Below, in pieces: positions 11,701 to 18,922 of a stretch of 64,000 nt of DNA. Location: contig JAZDKJ010000012.1 in assembly GCA_043803105.1 (NCBI GenBank), forward strand, positions 96,001 through 160,000, written 5' to 3'. The notes below the pieces were generated by a model, which worked only from the letters and a program-made list of their open reading frames with translations, searched no databases and had not been told where the DNA came from. This DNA is from Candidatus Woesearchaeota archaeon (GTDB taxonomy: Archaea; Nanobdellota; Nanobdellia; Woesearchaeales; JAZDKJ01). Each line of letters begins with the position of its first letter. Position 1 is the first letter of the stretch. The position numbers and the translations under genes are program-made.

Positions 11701-12627
11701 GATGGCTTAAGATACTCTGCAGTAAAGGAACAGCGTGTTGGCTCATCTCAAGTTCAACAAATAGTCCCTCCTTCAACCGGAGGTGGCGGTGGTGGTGGAG
11801 GTGGCTTGGCCAAGGCAAAACCTCAATGCAGCAATAACCTTGATGATGACCATGATGGCTTAATCGACCTTGCAGACCCAGGTTGCACAGACAAGCTTGA
11901 CAACAGTGAGGCCGAACCTATAGAATCTTGGGTATGTACTGACTGGAGTGAGTGCTCAGCACAAGGTATTCAGAAGCGCAGCTGTGTCGACAAGAACAAC
12001 TGTGGTACCTACAAGTTTGTGCCTGAGGAGCAAAGGGCCTGTAAGCCGGTCTTTCAGGCTGGACTTGAAATTAGTCCCACTTGTTTTGATGGATTGCAGA
12101 ATGACGGGGAGACAGGTCTTGATTGCGGTGGCGTCTGCCCCGCATGCCCGACGTGCGTTGATAACATAAGGAATCAGGGCGAGCTCGGAGTGGATTGCAG
12201 TGGTCCTTGTCCTGCATGTACCCGGCCTCCTGTGGCTGAACAGCCGAAGAAGACTTTCCCATATTCGTTGTTGTTGCTTTCAAGCTTGGTTATATTGATT
12301 GTTGCCGCTGCGGTGTTGTATCCTCAGTTGACAAAGCAGAAAAGAAAGGTCTTTTCTCCCTTGAAGCAGCAGCGCCTCCTGGAGGCTCAAGAATACGTGC
12401 TTTCCAGCCTTCACAATGGCTTGCCCAGGAGTGAGATTGAGGCAGCTCTCCTTGCAAAAGGCTGGCCTGTTGACATGATAAATAAGCTCATCAAGCTGGA
12501 GAACTATGTGCGCGTCGCTTGTTCCAGAGGCCATTCCGGTGAGATGATTTCCTCTTCACTTCAGAAGGTTGGCTGGCAGCCCGAGTTGATTGATGAGATA
12601 CTTGATTATTGCCGTAAAGGCACATAA
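2746..12627 (+). CDS. Giant (3293 aa) membrane-anchored cell-surface glycoprotein / adhesin with Ig/Fn3-like and Cys-rich repeats
   Basis: Signal peptide, repeated beta-sandwich modules, DxDxD Ca-binding loops, very many NxS/T sequons, poly-Gly linker, C-terminal TM and short cytoplasmic tail. Confidence 0.88.
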   Translation: MSFNLKAVLALLTLLCSLFIVYAIATSPNGNVAPTLVNVSGNLTFNIGWTGSNGDASQRVYICRNPGCAGCGPGICSSQYCYAWNETLAASPRSLQYQALQSDASASTTWYFFLVNTTGSQTSCTTGTGSFQVNHKPVFSINSILPASPLTTNDITCTATVSDSDSDTLTNVCSWNGCTGPCPACSISCNSGTCTATLSHTSTHAGNQIYCNFTSKDAHGLASDIASSSTVTVAYSGALTIVPDSALPSGNLEMGSSQIFNATNGAAPYSWHIHNGSAYCSIPSGVTASYITLTGNAVGNCTLNVTDADSRSDLSGRIHVVDTVAPAAVTNLQASDVLGDQGGVVMVSWVVSTNDNEVNRYWIMRSTLPASGFANIVNVSHGVSSYQDSAVNDLTRYYYHVWACDSLGNCGKTTSAVSAIPNAQPKMKSVNITPSVLTASTDVECLALAYDTDNESLSMTYRFDIMAFPPGGYTHNVTGNADCIYFGRNSTDQYGVKHANATTECRALLNHTHITKADKVVCTMVASDGKESSASMRISKSYVLVNNTAPYATNVRIVPQSPNGSSVLSCNYTFNDVDGDSEDLSAVRFKWYINNEGLNQFVEVQNQISKTLSGFFDKDDLVKCAVLVKDLDLSWLHDADYAAGYSNSSVVNIVDNALPQIIAYSVNSNSTKPIAVGQNVVFNVSWVDYEDPADTARLLVCDARSGSESQFSGANTSISFGDTNANSPKYVWFYTNQTGQYVQTIAVKPFKYVQNNEWTYAPDTLVQQGDKFISTILRNFTLEAFYDSDGSGTYDYGEPLIRENRTGAQRLVFNANLDTIISGTTPTDGSVLINLSAIGYRYHDRDSTNNFTAVDDIYWDRDNSRTISLNDYRKTIVTQSSERRLSTQFLYDIYVYEVAAVGDTEVNQTSVLIAEDHNDPFTLGVYNYFVPQYNAQPLAGKHLAFKFCIDSNDDAVCDSDSDFMNDSVYVHASNNTVGEYKVTTSQGIVFYNPDIKLNYHASSAYGCSNVQYCNTSLSSNHVLSCSYQAKDSDPSNNTFVLKVCDQKNGCSVERSGIFYVNHLSSVANVNISSSRVNYTDSANLNCTAYGQYDPDGNTVALSYRWYLSRGSGYTLYDIPSNRILSNGNTLVGDLWKCEVIPGDGFAPGYTRNSSPVLISNVSYSESRLYITSVTDDSNKTSPTNVGSKVSFRVGWSGLPSQVRAFVCNSSQIMDNGCLDFTFNSTSLTSQNPLLLTYTARQADTEENYWVKVCDNFGNCSNNYPGGSTKLNFSVNHLPTIAIVNISASPANYTDNSNLNCTAFQVSDADANNVLLTYKWFVKRGSTFEQFLAPSSQVLSNSNTFIGDVWKCEVLPFDGYVFGRAVNSSLVTIRNLSAESALAILSVTDASNSSLPTNVGDKVAFEVAWSGRASIVRMFVCNSSVIYSTGCAGFTFNSTAFTSANPITTTYTVRSTDFQENYWVRLCDVYGNCSQVFPSAGKTNFTVNHGPNASGIKVLTLSSWYGSVIVCNYTYRDIDLDAESGSEYRWYFDYGSGFEENIGETEKNITDFFSFSTPVKCAVRVKDSHGLSDSIFRNSSAVTLASSPGVPTLWPFPSVVKSNNLIIIGHIDQVPANLTAFANQGVLTPTQQSSYVTSNSTLYGQAYTVSDVASGRNYVLVSAGDSNLFSAGRFIQFNNHDRPYFLRYAILGKADLLDRTFRIDLAENLSSDVPAYTFMSVYNSSKPTGWFNISLNLFNGTNTVRVKARTSVSDWFSTENSVFVDLFPPELILGSLPSVSTLARITLSFNLSENYYAQQASKFLLLKITNKTGVTSFHPLNFSTNGSVYANAIPNISCSMVNFSYSACSVILSLKNGTYNLSFTLNDTAGHRINASRILVVNTSAIITTTVLNGYIDVHHNYLPSDFATTNNLTTNWTVLTGVSAYEYRLDRYNDSLFDRTIIPWKSNGLARAVNITNNVNITNGYVYKFVVRGKLSSGGYTQESSSSGILYLDSTAPTCMNCVHSDGDYTSSNDSLHFYWSFTEHESRIVQYQYAIGTKCYPFTGYTSIVPKTNTTLASVTRTGLQLIDSQSYCLSVKARNENQIWSPWRFANITVDISKPVNGSISYPEGFVFSDAITVSFREGKDNVSGINRTQLMVASLPLVANDCGGIYNYNNYFNYTSNVLGQTYRTVPLDQGRCYKFLFKVIDNAGNAQVYPKGTVKVVKVDKTPPSTFTVTLNNNAFYTQSNTLNVRWTQSQDPESAITKYAYALFMLNGSQVTSYRNTSYTSSTASITAALLHEESYYVKVIAFNGGNASTAVNSNSVLFLDFNPPSPVAVRKVDNDVNGSNGWLDTDADNSTSITAEGELGIDCIISRYNIDYTDSPLPYVSQCLIQGGGPNITCSLNITDGNYTYYIVCRDTNGNSQDASLSTPVNFIVDKYGPNITIMKPARNQTVGGKVDLDAEIRDYVGVDEAIYRIIKIDNTIMANGTLHSPLWNATWNTINKNYSGLFYFFVWANDTLGRRSNASVNFSINNRVPIVDIVSPAYVNNNFTLIINAQLFVNVSFNITNRTKSLLVYKKNNWTSMRTYLSWSNLINIMSPAWAEGNYTINAWAVNLNKNKTLKSSVFTVDLHAPKYSNILNTSAKTYYRTGTINLTVSWSDNFKLGAVKFRHNVTGNWTNETAVLAGTVYRVQIPSSALSTGQSIGWFSFAKDMANNSNTSMPVRSFTLGNRAPVLAALPNQTINATDTVTIIASATDPDQDNRTYYINDSRFNHASLYSNMFNWTTDINDSGLHVVNLTASDGRINVSRKVWITVLAVDDTDGDGIPDYKETDSDNDGFNNTIDFLNGYPSNVKTNIANFNCSIAVNSTAKTFNFGQLFTGTRIINCTNTSSPILTFSYNFSKQVTLHMIRINVTRQPAGSEYGWIIVRGLSLLPGTTKTVFVNHINSTSSGVCIKDATNVTSVSQFTSSCTGTNEFLIACDGHEYYSKYTCTLANSSYKVDGLRYSAVKEQRVGSSQVQQIVPPSTGGGGGGGGGLAKAKPQCSNNLDDDHDGLIDLADPGCTDKLDNSEAEPIESWVCTDWSECSAQGIQKRSCVDKNNCGTYKFVPEEQRACKPVFQAGLEISPTCFDGLQNDGETGLDCGGVCPACPTCVDNIRNQGELGVDCSGPCPACTRPPVAEQPKKTFPYSLLLLSSLVILIVAAAVLYPQLTKQKRKVFSPLKQQRLLEAQEYVLSSLHNGLPRSEIEAALLAKGWPVDMINKLIKLENYVRVACSRGHSGEMISSSLQKVGWQPELIDEILDYCRKGT
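5923..7200 (+). repeat. Intragenic tandem duplication, two units of 214 and 212 aa
   Basis: Units start at VNH codons 5923, 6565 (next at 7201) and align: NYTD..NLNCTA, GD.WKCEV.P.DG, PTNVG.KV.F.V.WSG, ENYWV..CD..GNCS. Confidence 0.9.
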
Positions 12628-12659
12628 GCTTTAAAAACACTGTTCCTGTTCTGCCAAAT

Positions 12660-13190
12660 ATGGTCAGCTACACGTACGAGCTAAAAATCCCTCATGAGAG
12701 GATTGCCGTTCTCATAGGGACTGACGGAAAGGTGAAGAAAGAACTAGAGGATCTTACAAAGACCTCTATAAGGATTGACTCTTCTGAGGGGGATATTTTT
12801 GTTTCTGGAGCAGATCCTATCGGCTTATACAACGCTCGCGAGATTATTCAGGCTGTCGGCCGTGGCTTCAACCCTGACTTGGCAAAGCTCTTGTTAAAGC
12901 CTGACTACTCATTTGAAGTGCTTGACCTTGCTGATTACTGCAAGACCAAGAATGATATGGTCAGGCTCAAAGGGCGTGTTATAGGTTTTGACGGCAAGTC
13001 CAGGCGCTTGATAGAATTTTTGACTGATGTTAATATTTCAGTTTACGGCAAGACCATCGGAATTATTGGCGAGGTTGCAAAGGTGATCCTTGCCAGACGC
13101 GCTGTTGATGCATTGCTTCGCGGTTCAACACATTCAAAAGTATATCATTGGCTTGAAGCCCAGAGAAGAGACTTGAAATCTGCATTATGA
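12660..13190 (+). CDS. dim2: KH-domain rRNA-processing protein (Dim2/Pno1)
   Basis: RIAVLIG..G, AVGRGF, GRVIG.DGKSR KH motifs; adjacent to top6B. Confidence 0.92.
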   Translation: MVSYTYELKIPHERIAVLIGTDGKVKKELEDLTKTSIRIDSSEGDIFVSGADPIGLYNAREIIQAVGRGFNPDLAKLLLKPDYSFEVLDLADYCKTKNDMVRLKGRVIGFDGKSRRLIEFLTDVNISVYGKTIGIIGEVAKVILARRAVDALLRGSTHSKVYHWLEAQRRDLKSAL

Positions 13191-14827
13191 CTCAAGACGA
13201 AAAAAACGGGATCATCGCCTATGAATTGGCAAAGCAGCAGCGTGACATAGGCGTGGCAGAGTTCTTCTCAAGGAATCGTCACCTTTTGGGCTTTGATAAC
13301 AAGAGGAAGGCCCTTCTCACAACCATCAAAGAGGCTGTTGACAACGCCCTTGATGCCTGCGAAGAGGCTCGCATCATGCCTGAGGTCATCATTGAGGTTG
13401 TTGACATGCAGGACGACCGTTTCAAGGTCATTGTTGAGGACAACGGTCCGGGAATCGTGAAAAAGCAGATCCCTAACATTTTTGCTAAGCTCTTGTACGG
13501 CAGCAAGTTTCATACCCTGAAGCAGTCCAGGGGCCAGCAAGGTATTGGTATTAGCGCTGCAGTCATGTACGGCCAGCTCACTACAGGCAAGCCCGCAAAA
13601 ATTACCTCAAGGATTGATCCTGCAGAACCTTCCCATTATTTTGAGCTTAGGATTAACACCCAGCAGAACAAGCCTGAGATTATCAAGGAGGAGGTTGTTG
13701 ATTGGAAGAAAGACCATGGCACAAAGATTGAGATTGATCTGGAGGCATCTTACATTGCAGGAGGCCAGTCAATTGATGAATACCTGAAACAGACTGCTAT
13801 CGTAAATCCTCACGTCACGATTATTTACACAAATCCAAAGGCAGAGCAGACTGTTTTTGCGCGTGCAGTTGACCGTCTGCCAATAGAGCCAAAGTCCATA
13901 AAGCCCCATCCCTATGGTGTTGAATTGGGCAACCTCATTTCAATGCTTAGGTATACTGAAGCAAAGACTCTCCAGAGTTTTCTTGTTAATGAGTTCAGTA
14001 GAGTGGGCAGCGGCACTGCAAAGCAGATTTGCGAAAACGCTGCGCTCTTGCCTAACACAAAGCCTCAAACAATGTCCAGGGAGATGACTGAGCAACTAAT
14101 GAAGGGTATCTCTCAAACAAAGCTTGTTAATCCTCCAACCGAGTGCATTTCTCCAATTACGGGTGAGGACCTTGAGAAGGGTCTAAGAAAAGAGGTCAAT
14201 GCAGAGTTTTATTTTGCTATCTCCAGGCCACCTTCTGTCTATAGGGGTAATCCATTTCTGATTGAGGCAGGTCTTGCTTACGGTGGTAACCAGCCTGCAG
14301 ATGATACTGTGCGGCTAATTCGTTTTGCAAACCGTGTTCCTTTGTTGTACCAGCAGAGCGCCTGCGCAATTACAAGATCAGTTATCAACACAGCCTGGAA
14401 AAGTTATGGTCTAAACCAAAGTAGGGGTGCCTTGCCTAGTGGCCCTATAACAATTGTTGTTCACATTGCTTCTGTCTGGGTACCCTTTACTTCAGAGAGC
14501 AAAGAAGCAATTGCCCATTATCCGGAAATTATTAAGGAGATTAAGCTCTGCCTGCAAGAGCTTGGCAGAAAGCTTCAGCTTCACGTGCATAAAAAAAAGC
14601 AGGTGCAGCACCAGCTCGAGCGCGCCAATCTTTTTGAGAAATACATTCCTGAGGTTGCTGATTCGCTTGCAAGGCTCACCGGATTAACTAAAGAGCCTTT
14701 ATTGAGAAAGCTCCAGGAGATGATTAAGAAGTCAGAAATCCAAAGAGAGATTATGCAGATGGAAGAACTCAAGGGAGACTCTGAATCGGCATCAAAAACC
14801 TCCAAAAGGTCGGAGGAGGACGACTGA
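13187..14827 (+). CDS. top6B: DNA topoisomerase VI subunit B
   Basis: KEAVDNALDA, EDNGPG, RGQQGIG GHKL motifs; RFANRVPL. Confidence 0.97.
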   Translation: MTQDEKNGIIAYELAKQQRDIGVAEFFSRNRHLLGFDNKRKALLTTIKEAVDNALDACEEARIMPEVIIEVVDMQDDRFKVIVEDNGPGIVKKQIPNIFAKLLYGSKFHTLKQSRGQQGIGISAAVMYGQLTTGKPAKITSRIDPAEPSHYFELRINTQQNKPEIIKEEVVDWKKDHGTKIEIDLEASYIAGGQSIDEYLKQTAIVNPHVTIIYTNPKAEQTVFARAVDRLPIEPKSIKPHPYGVELGNLISMLRYTEAKTLQSFLVNEFSRVGSGTAKQICENAALLPNTKPQTMSREMTEQLMKGISQTKLVNPPTECISPITGEDLEKGLRKEVNAEFYFAISRPPSVYRGNPFLIEAGLAYGGNQPADDTVRLIRFANRVPLLYQQSACAITRSVINTAWKSYGLNQSRGALPSGPITIVVHIASVWVPFTSESKEAIAHYPEIIKEIKLCLQELGRKLQLHVHKKKQVQHQLERANLFEKYIPEVADSLARLTGLTKEPLLRKLQEMIKKSEIQREIMQMEELKGDSESASKTSKRSEEDD

Positions 14828-14828
14828 G

Positions 14829-15914
14829 ATGGACCAATCAGGCAAAGCAAAAAATGAGCTTGTAAAGCTTGGAAAAAGCATTGTTGAAGACATCAATAAA
14901 GGCAGGAATCCGAAGATTGAGCTATCAGTTCGTGGTTTAAGTAATGTTGTTTACGACAAAGAATCTAAGACCCTTGGCCTTGGTGATAAAACTGCACAAC
15001 GCTATTTCTTTAACATTGGGCAGTCAAAGAAATTCCTGCAGACTATTGAGATTGCTTCTATTTGCAAGAATCTCCTTGATGTTGCAAAGCATGCAAGCTT
15101 AAGGGATGTCTTTTACATGGCAAAAAGGACTATTCCTAGCACAAATATTAATCTTGTGGATGAGCAGAAAGAATCAGACAAAGCTATCGAAGACCTTGAG
15201 CTTATCACCGGTTATTCGAGGGAGTGCCTGAATGTTAACGCCAACAAGATGGGTTCTGTTGCAGGCAACGTTGTAGTTGAAGACAGGGGAGATATAATTG
15301 ACTGGTCCAAACTAGGGTCTGGCGGCTGGTCCATTCCAAGCAATGTTGAAGACATCAAGTTCAAGAAAGTGGTTGCGAACTACGTCATCTATATGGAAAA
15401 GGCTGCTGTCTGGGAGCGCCTTCATGAGGACCGCTTCTGGCAAAAGCAGAACTGTATTATAGTATCTTCACAAGGCCAGACCACTCGTGGCATTAGGCGT
15501 CTTTTGCAAAGGTTGAATACTGAGCACAAATTGCCCATTTATGTCCTCGCTGATAATGATCCATGGGGGTGGTACATTTACTCAGTTTTGAAGTTTGGCT
15601 CGATAAGCCTTGCGCATATGGCTGAAGAGATGGCTATTCCCAGCGTGAAGTTCATTGGAATTACCTGTGATGACGTGACGAATTATGACCTAAAACGCCA
15701 TTTCATCAAATTGACCGATCAAGATCTTCAAAGGCTAACGCAGATGCAGAATTATGATTGGTTTGTTAAGCACAAGGAGTGGCAGAAGCAGTTCAAGATG
15801 ATGAAGGATTTCGGCGCTAAAGTTGAGATTCAGTCACTTTCAAGCAAGGGCATCTCTTTTATTTCTGAGAAATATCTTCCTGAGAAGATCAAGAACCAGG
15901 ATTGGCTTGATTAG
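14829..15914 (+). CDS. top6A: DNA topoisomerase VI subunit A
   Basis: LRDVFY catalytic Tyr, EK and D.DPWG TOPRIM motifs. Confidence 0.96.
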   Translation: MDQSGKAKNELVKLGKSIVEDINKGRNPKIELSVRGLSNVVYDKESKTLGLGDKTAQRYFFNIGQSKKFLQTIEIASICKNLLDVAKHASLRDVFYMAKRTIPSTNINLVDEQKESDKAIEDLELITGYSRECLNVNANKMGSVAGNVVVEDRGDIIDWSKLGSGGWSIPSNVEDIKFKKVVANYVIYMEKAAVWERLHEDRFWQKQNCIIVSSQGQTTRGIRRLLQRLNTEHKLPIYVLADNDPWGWYIYSVLKFGSISLAHMAEEMAIPSVKFIGITCDDVTNYDLKRHFIKLTDQDLQRLTQMQNYDWFVKHKEWQKQFKMMKDFGAKVEIQSLSSKGISFISEKYLPEKIKNQDWLD

Positions 15915-16672
15915 GTGCATAGCTTCCCCGATTCTCTTGCTTTCTTTATTGAGTAAGACAAGAACCATAATGCAAAGCAAAGCCATGCTAGGCTTACAAT
16001 AATCATTCCAAAATAATTTGCGCTGCCCAGGCCTATCATTGATTTCAATAGCTCAAACCCATAGAAAGTCGGTAATATGTGCACAAACATTACAATAATT
16101 TTCGGGAATACTGATATTGGATAGTACACCCCTGATAATAGCACGAACAGGTCTGGAAGCATGAATGCGAATGTTATTGCCTTCTCAGTGTATCTTATCA
16201 CAAAACCAAATGTAATCATTCCGAGTATAAGCCCTGTGAAGCAGAGATATCCGATTCCGATTACAAACTTGAACATGTCAACAATATGGAAAGAGAACAG
16301 GCTGTATGCAAAAATTAGGTATATACTTAAGACTATAAGGAATTTTATCAGCCCAGATACTGCCCCTGCTATTACTATGTCTCGCATTCTGAGCGGTGTA
16401 ACAAGCTGCTGTGCAGTGTTCTTTGCCCAATAGTCATCCATGTATGAGATGTTTGATTCTATCTGGAAATGATACACTGCCCTCCAGCCCATAAGCCCCA
16501 TGATTGCCATCGCAAGTATCTGCGCTGTGGGGCTGATATATTTCAGGAAGAGCGTTATCGCAAAAAAAAGTATTATCGGCCATACCGTTATGTCAAACAG
16601 CCTGAAATGGTTCCTTCTCACCAAAATCAGGTTCTTGTATAGCTCTGCCCGCACTGTTGACATTCTATTCAC
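15911..16672 (-). CDS. ABC-2 type transporter permease
   Basis: Six hydrophobic segments, LSGVYYP motif, downstream of ABC ATPase. Confidence 0.85.
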   Translation of the reverse strand: MNRMSTVRAELYKNLILVRRNHFRLFDITVWPIILFFAITLFLKYISPTAQILAMAIMGLMGWRAVYHFQIESNISYMDDYWAKNTAQQLVTPLRMRDIVIAGAVSGLIKFLIVLSIYLIFAYSLFSFHIVDMFKFVIGIGYLCFTGLILGMITFGFVIRYTEKAITFAFMLPDLFVLLSGVYYPISVFPKIIVMFVHILPTFYGFELLKSMIGLGSANYFGMIIVSLAWLCFALWFLSYSIKKARESGKLCT

Positions 16673-17579
16673 CCGTTATTTCAAGGAACGCTTCCTCAAG
16701 GTTTGGCCCTATTTGTCTTATTGAGATGATTTCATGGTCCAATGCAACTATCTTCCTTATCAGCATGCCTGCATCTTTTTGCTCTTTTGTTTCAATGATG
16801 ATTTTCTCTCCCACCTGTTTGATTTTGCTGATTTCCTTGTAGCCTTTGATTTCTTGTGTGAGCTGCTTTGCCTCTCTTGTTACCACTTCTATTGCTTTCT
16901 TGTTCTTTGTCTTGCCCTTTATCTCAGCTACTGTGCCTATATGCCTTATCTTGCCGCCAGAGATAAGTACTATCCTGTCGCAAAGCTGCTCCACTTCGTT
17001 TAGGTTGTGTGATGTGAAGAGTATTGTCGTTCCTTTTTCTTTCAGCTTTTCTATTATGATTCTTATTTTTCTTGCCATCCCAACATCAAGCCCTACTGTG
17101 GGCTCGTCCATAAACATGATTTCCGGGTCGTTTACCAATGATTTTGCCAATAGCACCCTCTGCTTGTAGCCTGATGACAGGTCCCTTATTACTGTATCCG
17201 CATGGCTGCCAAGGCCGAACTTATCTATCAGTCCGTTGATATCCTTTCTTGATGAATAGAGCATTGCAAAATAAGTAAGGTATTCTTTCACTGTTAGGTT
17301 TATTGCAACCATTGTGAATCCTGAGACTATGTTGATCCTTGGTTTTATTTTCTCGAGGTTGGTGTCAAGGTCCATTCCAGCTATTTTGACAATGCCCTTG
17401 TCCTTTGTGAGAAGTCCGCATAGTATGCTGATTAGTGTGGTCTTTCCTGCGCCGTTTGCCCCCAGGAGCCCAACTATCTCTCCCTTCTTGACAGTAAAAG
17501 ACACCTTGTCTAGTGCCTTGGTCTTTCTTTCTCCTTCCATGAATGTCTTGGTTACATCCTTTATTTCTATTGCATCCAT
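16665..17579 (-). CDS. ABC transporter ATP-binding protein (DrrA-like)
   Basis: GANGAGKT, LSSG, MDEPT, H-loop. Confidence 0.93.
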   Translation of the reverse strand: MDAIEIKDVTKTFMEGERKTKALDKVSFTVKKGEIVGLLGANGAGKTTLISILCGLLTKDKGIVKIAGMDLDTNLEKIKPRINIVSGFTMVAINLTVKEYLTYFAMLYSSRKDINGLIDKFGLGSHADTVIRDLSSGYKQRVLLAKSLVNDPEIMFMDEPTVGLDVGMARKIRIIIEKLKEKGTTILFTSHNLNEVEQLCDRIVLISGGKIRHIGTVAEIKGKTKNKKAIEVVTREAKQLTQEIKGYKEISKIKQVGEKIIIETKEQKDAGMLIRKIVALDHEIISIRQIGPNLEEAFLEITGE

Positions 17580-17621
17580 TGTTTTTTTTGGGAGGTTTAT
17601 CTGTTTATTAAACTAACTCAA

Positions 17622-18260
17622 TTAAGAAATGATGTACTTCAAAAAAATATCAACAACAGAAGGATCAAACCATGTTCCGCTCTTTAATGGTATGTCTTTG
17701 AGAACCTGCTCTTTAGTCATCAGTTTTGTCCTATCCGCCATTGCGTCATAGTAGTCAGGCACTGCTACGATTCTTGCTAAGAGAGGAATATTTTCTCCAG
17801 ATACTCCGCGAGGACACCCACACTCTGCGTCGTATTTTGCATGGTGGAAACGAATAATATCCTTCACCACTCGATAAGTAACTTTGCTATATGGTATTAT
17901 ATCCTTTAGACTTGCCAGAAGTACATCAGTCCCCAGTTCAGTGTGGTTTTCAATGATGAACCTCTCGCGTGTGGTTAAATCTACTTTGTCTGCCAATATT
18001 GAAGCATCGTTGCCAATAATCAGGCTTTTGCCAATGTCATGCAGCACTGCTCCATCTTCCAAACCACGTTGATAGTCTGGAGTCATCAATTCTGTGTATT
18101 TTTCTACTATGAAGGGCATCATGCCAGAGACATGCCTACCTACATGAATAGAGTGCAGCATATGTCTTTGAGCTTCACTTGCCCGCTGTTCATCTTCAAG
18201 GCAGTACAAAACAAAGGCTCTTACCATTATCTGTTTTGCAGTCAAGACTTTATTGAGCAT
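17622..18260 (-). CDS. Stand-alone HD-GYP-like phosphohydrolase
   Basis: HS, LHDIGK, HH, IPLLARIVAV.D.YDAM, G.WFDP; GYP loop degenerate (CGCP). Confidence 0.85.
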   Translation of the reverse strand: MLNKVLTAKQIMVRAFVLYCLEDEQRASEAQRHMLHSIHVGRHVSGMMPFIVEKYTELMTPDYQRGLEDGAVLHDIGKSLIIGNDASILADKVDLTTRERFIIENHTELGTDVLLASLKDIIPYSKVTYRVVKDIIRFHHAKYDAECGCPRGVSGENIPLLARIVAVPDYYDAMADRTKLMTKEQVLKDIPLKSGTWFDPSVVDIFLKYIIS

Positions 18261-18354
18261 GCAAGGAACATTTTGATTATTTGCTTAAAAAGCTTGCGCA
18301 CAGACAAGGCACTCAGCAACTTTTATAAACAGAATAACACTTCAATTGACCAAT

Positions 18355-18476
18355 GGACCCGTAGCCTAGCCTGGATAAGGCGACATGAAATGCAGCAAAG
18401 CCTGTGTTTCTCGCATGCCTTCTAAGCTGTAGATCGGGGGTTCGAACAAAATGTCTCGAAAGTCCCCCCGGGCCCA
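18355..18476 (+). tRNA. tRNA-Arg(TCT) with two introns (18386-18416 at 29/30; 18447-18462 at 59/60)
   Basis: Removing both gives GGACCCG-TA-GCCT..AGGC-G-ACAGC-CTTCTAA-GCTGT-AGATC-GGGGG-TTCGAAT-CCCCC-CGGGCCC-A; BHB-like junctions; TATA at 18322. Confidence 0.9.
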
Positions 18477-18477
18477 T

Positions 18478-18822
18478 CTAATTCCTGCATTCGCTTAGTT
18501 TCTTTAATCCAAGAAGTATTTCATCAACAGTCTGCGTGAGCAGGGAGTAATCTGTTTCAGGAAAGCCTTGCCTTATCCTAAGCAAAGAGTTTCTTGCCTT
18601 ATCAGTTATGTTGTAATTGTCGATTATGTAGGTCAGCCCGTTATGTATTTTTCTGACCACCTCCCGATGCTTATATTGCTGGTATCTGTCAAGCCAGAAT
18701 TTGAGTATTCCAAGTTCCATTTGGTCAGCGAGAAGCTTGTCGGGATGTGTTAGGTAGTATTTTACAAAGCTCGGTTTGTCAATGATTTTTGGTTCATAAC
18801 CTTCTAGTCTTGATTCAAGCAT
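18478..18822 (-). CDS. Hypothetical protein between two tRNA genes
   Basis: 114-aa ORF with TATA-like box about 22 nt upstream of ATG. Confidence 0.65.
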   Translation of the reverse strand: MLESRLEGYEPKIIDKPSFVKYYLTHPDKLLADQMELGILKFWLDRYQQYKHREVVRKIHNGLTYIIDNYNITDKARNSLLRIRQGFPETDYSLLTQTVDEILLGLKKLSECRN

Positions 18823-18922
18823 GCTTAAAGGATTCCTCTCATTGTTAAAAACCTAATCAAAACCTTTTTAAAGCAGTTTTCGTTCTTTTTTCTAAGCGGA
18901 GGCACAAGCCTTTTAGCATTGT

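Noticed and set aside
11779-11805. GGN repeat as a contingency microsatellite
   Set aside because: Mixed codons encoding an in-frame poly-Gly linker
2237-12659. Cassette as a transposon or integrative element
   Set aside because: No recombinase, terminal repeats or target-site duplication visible
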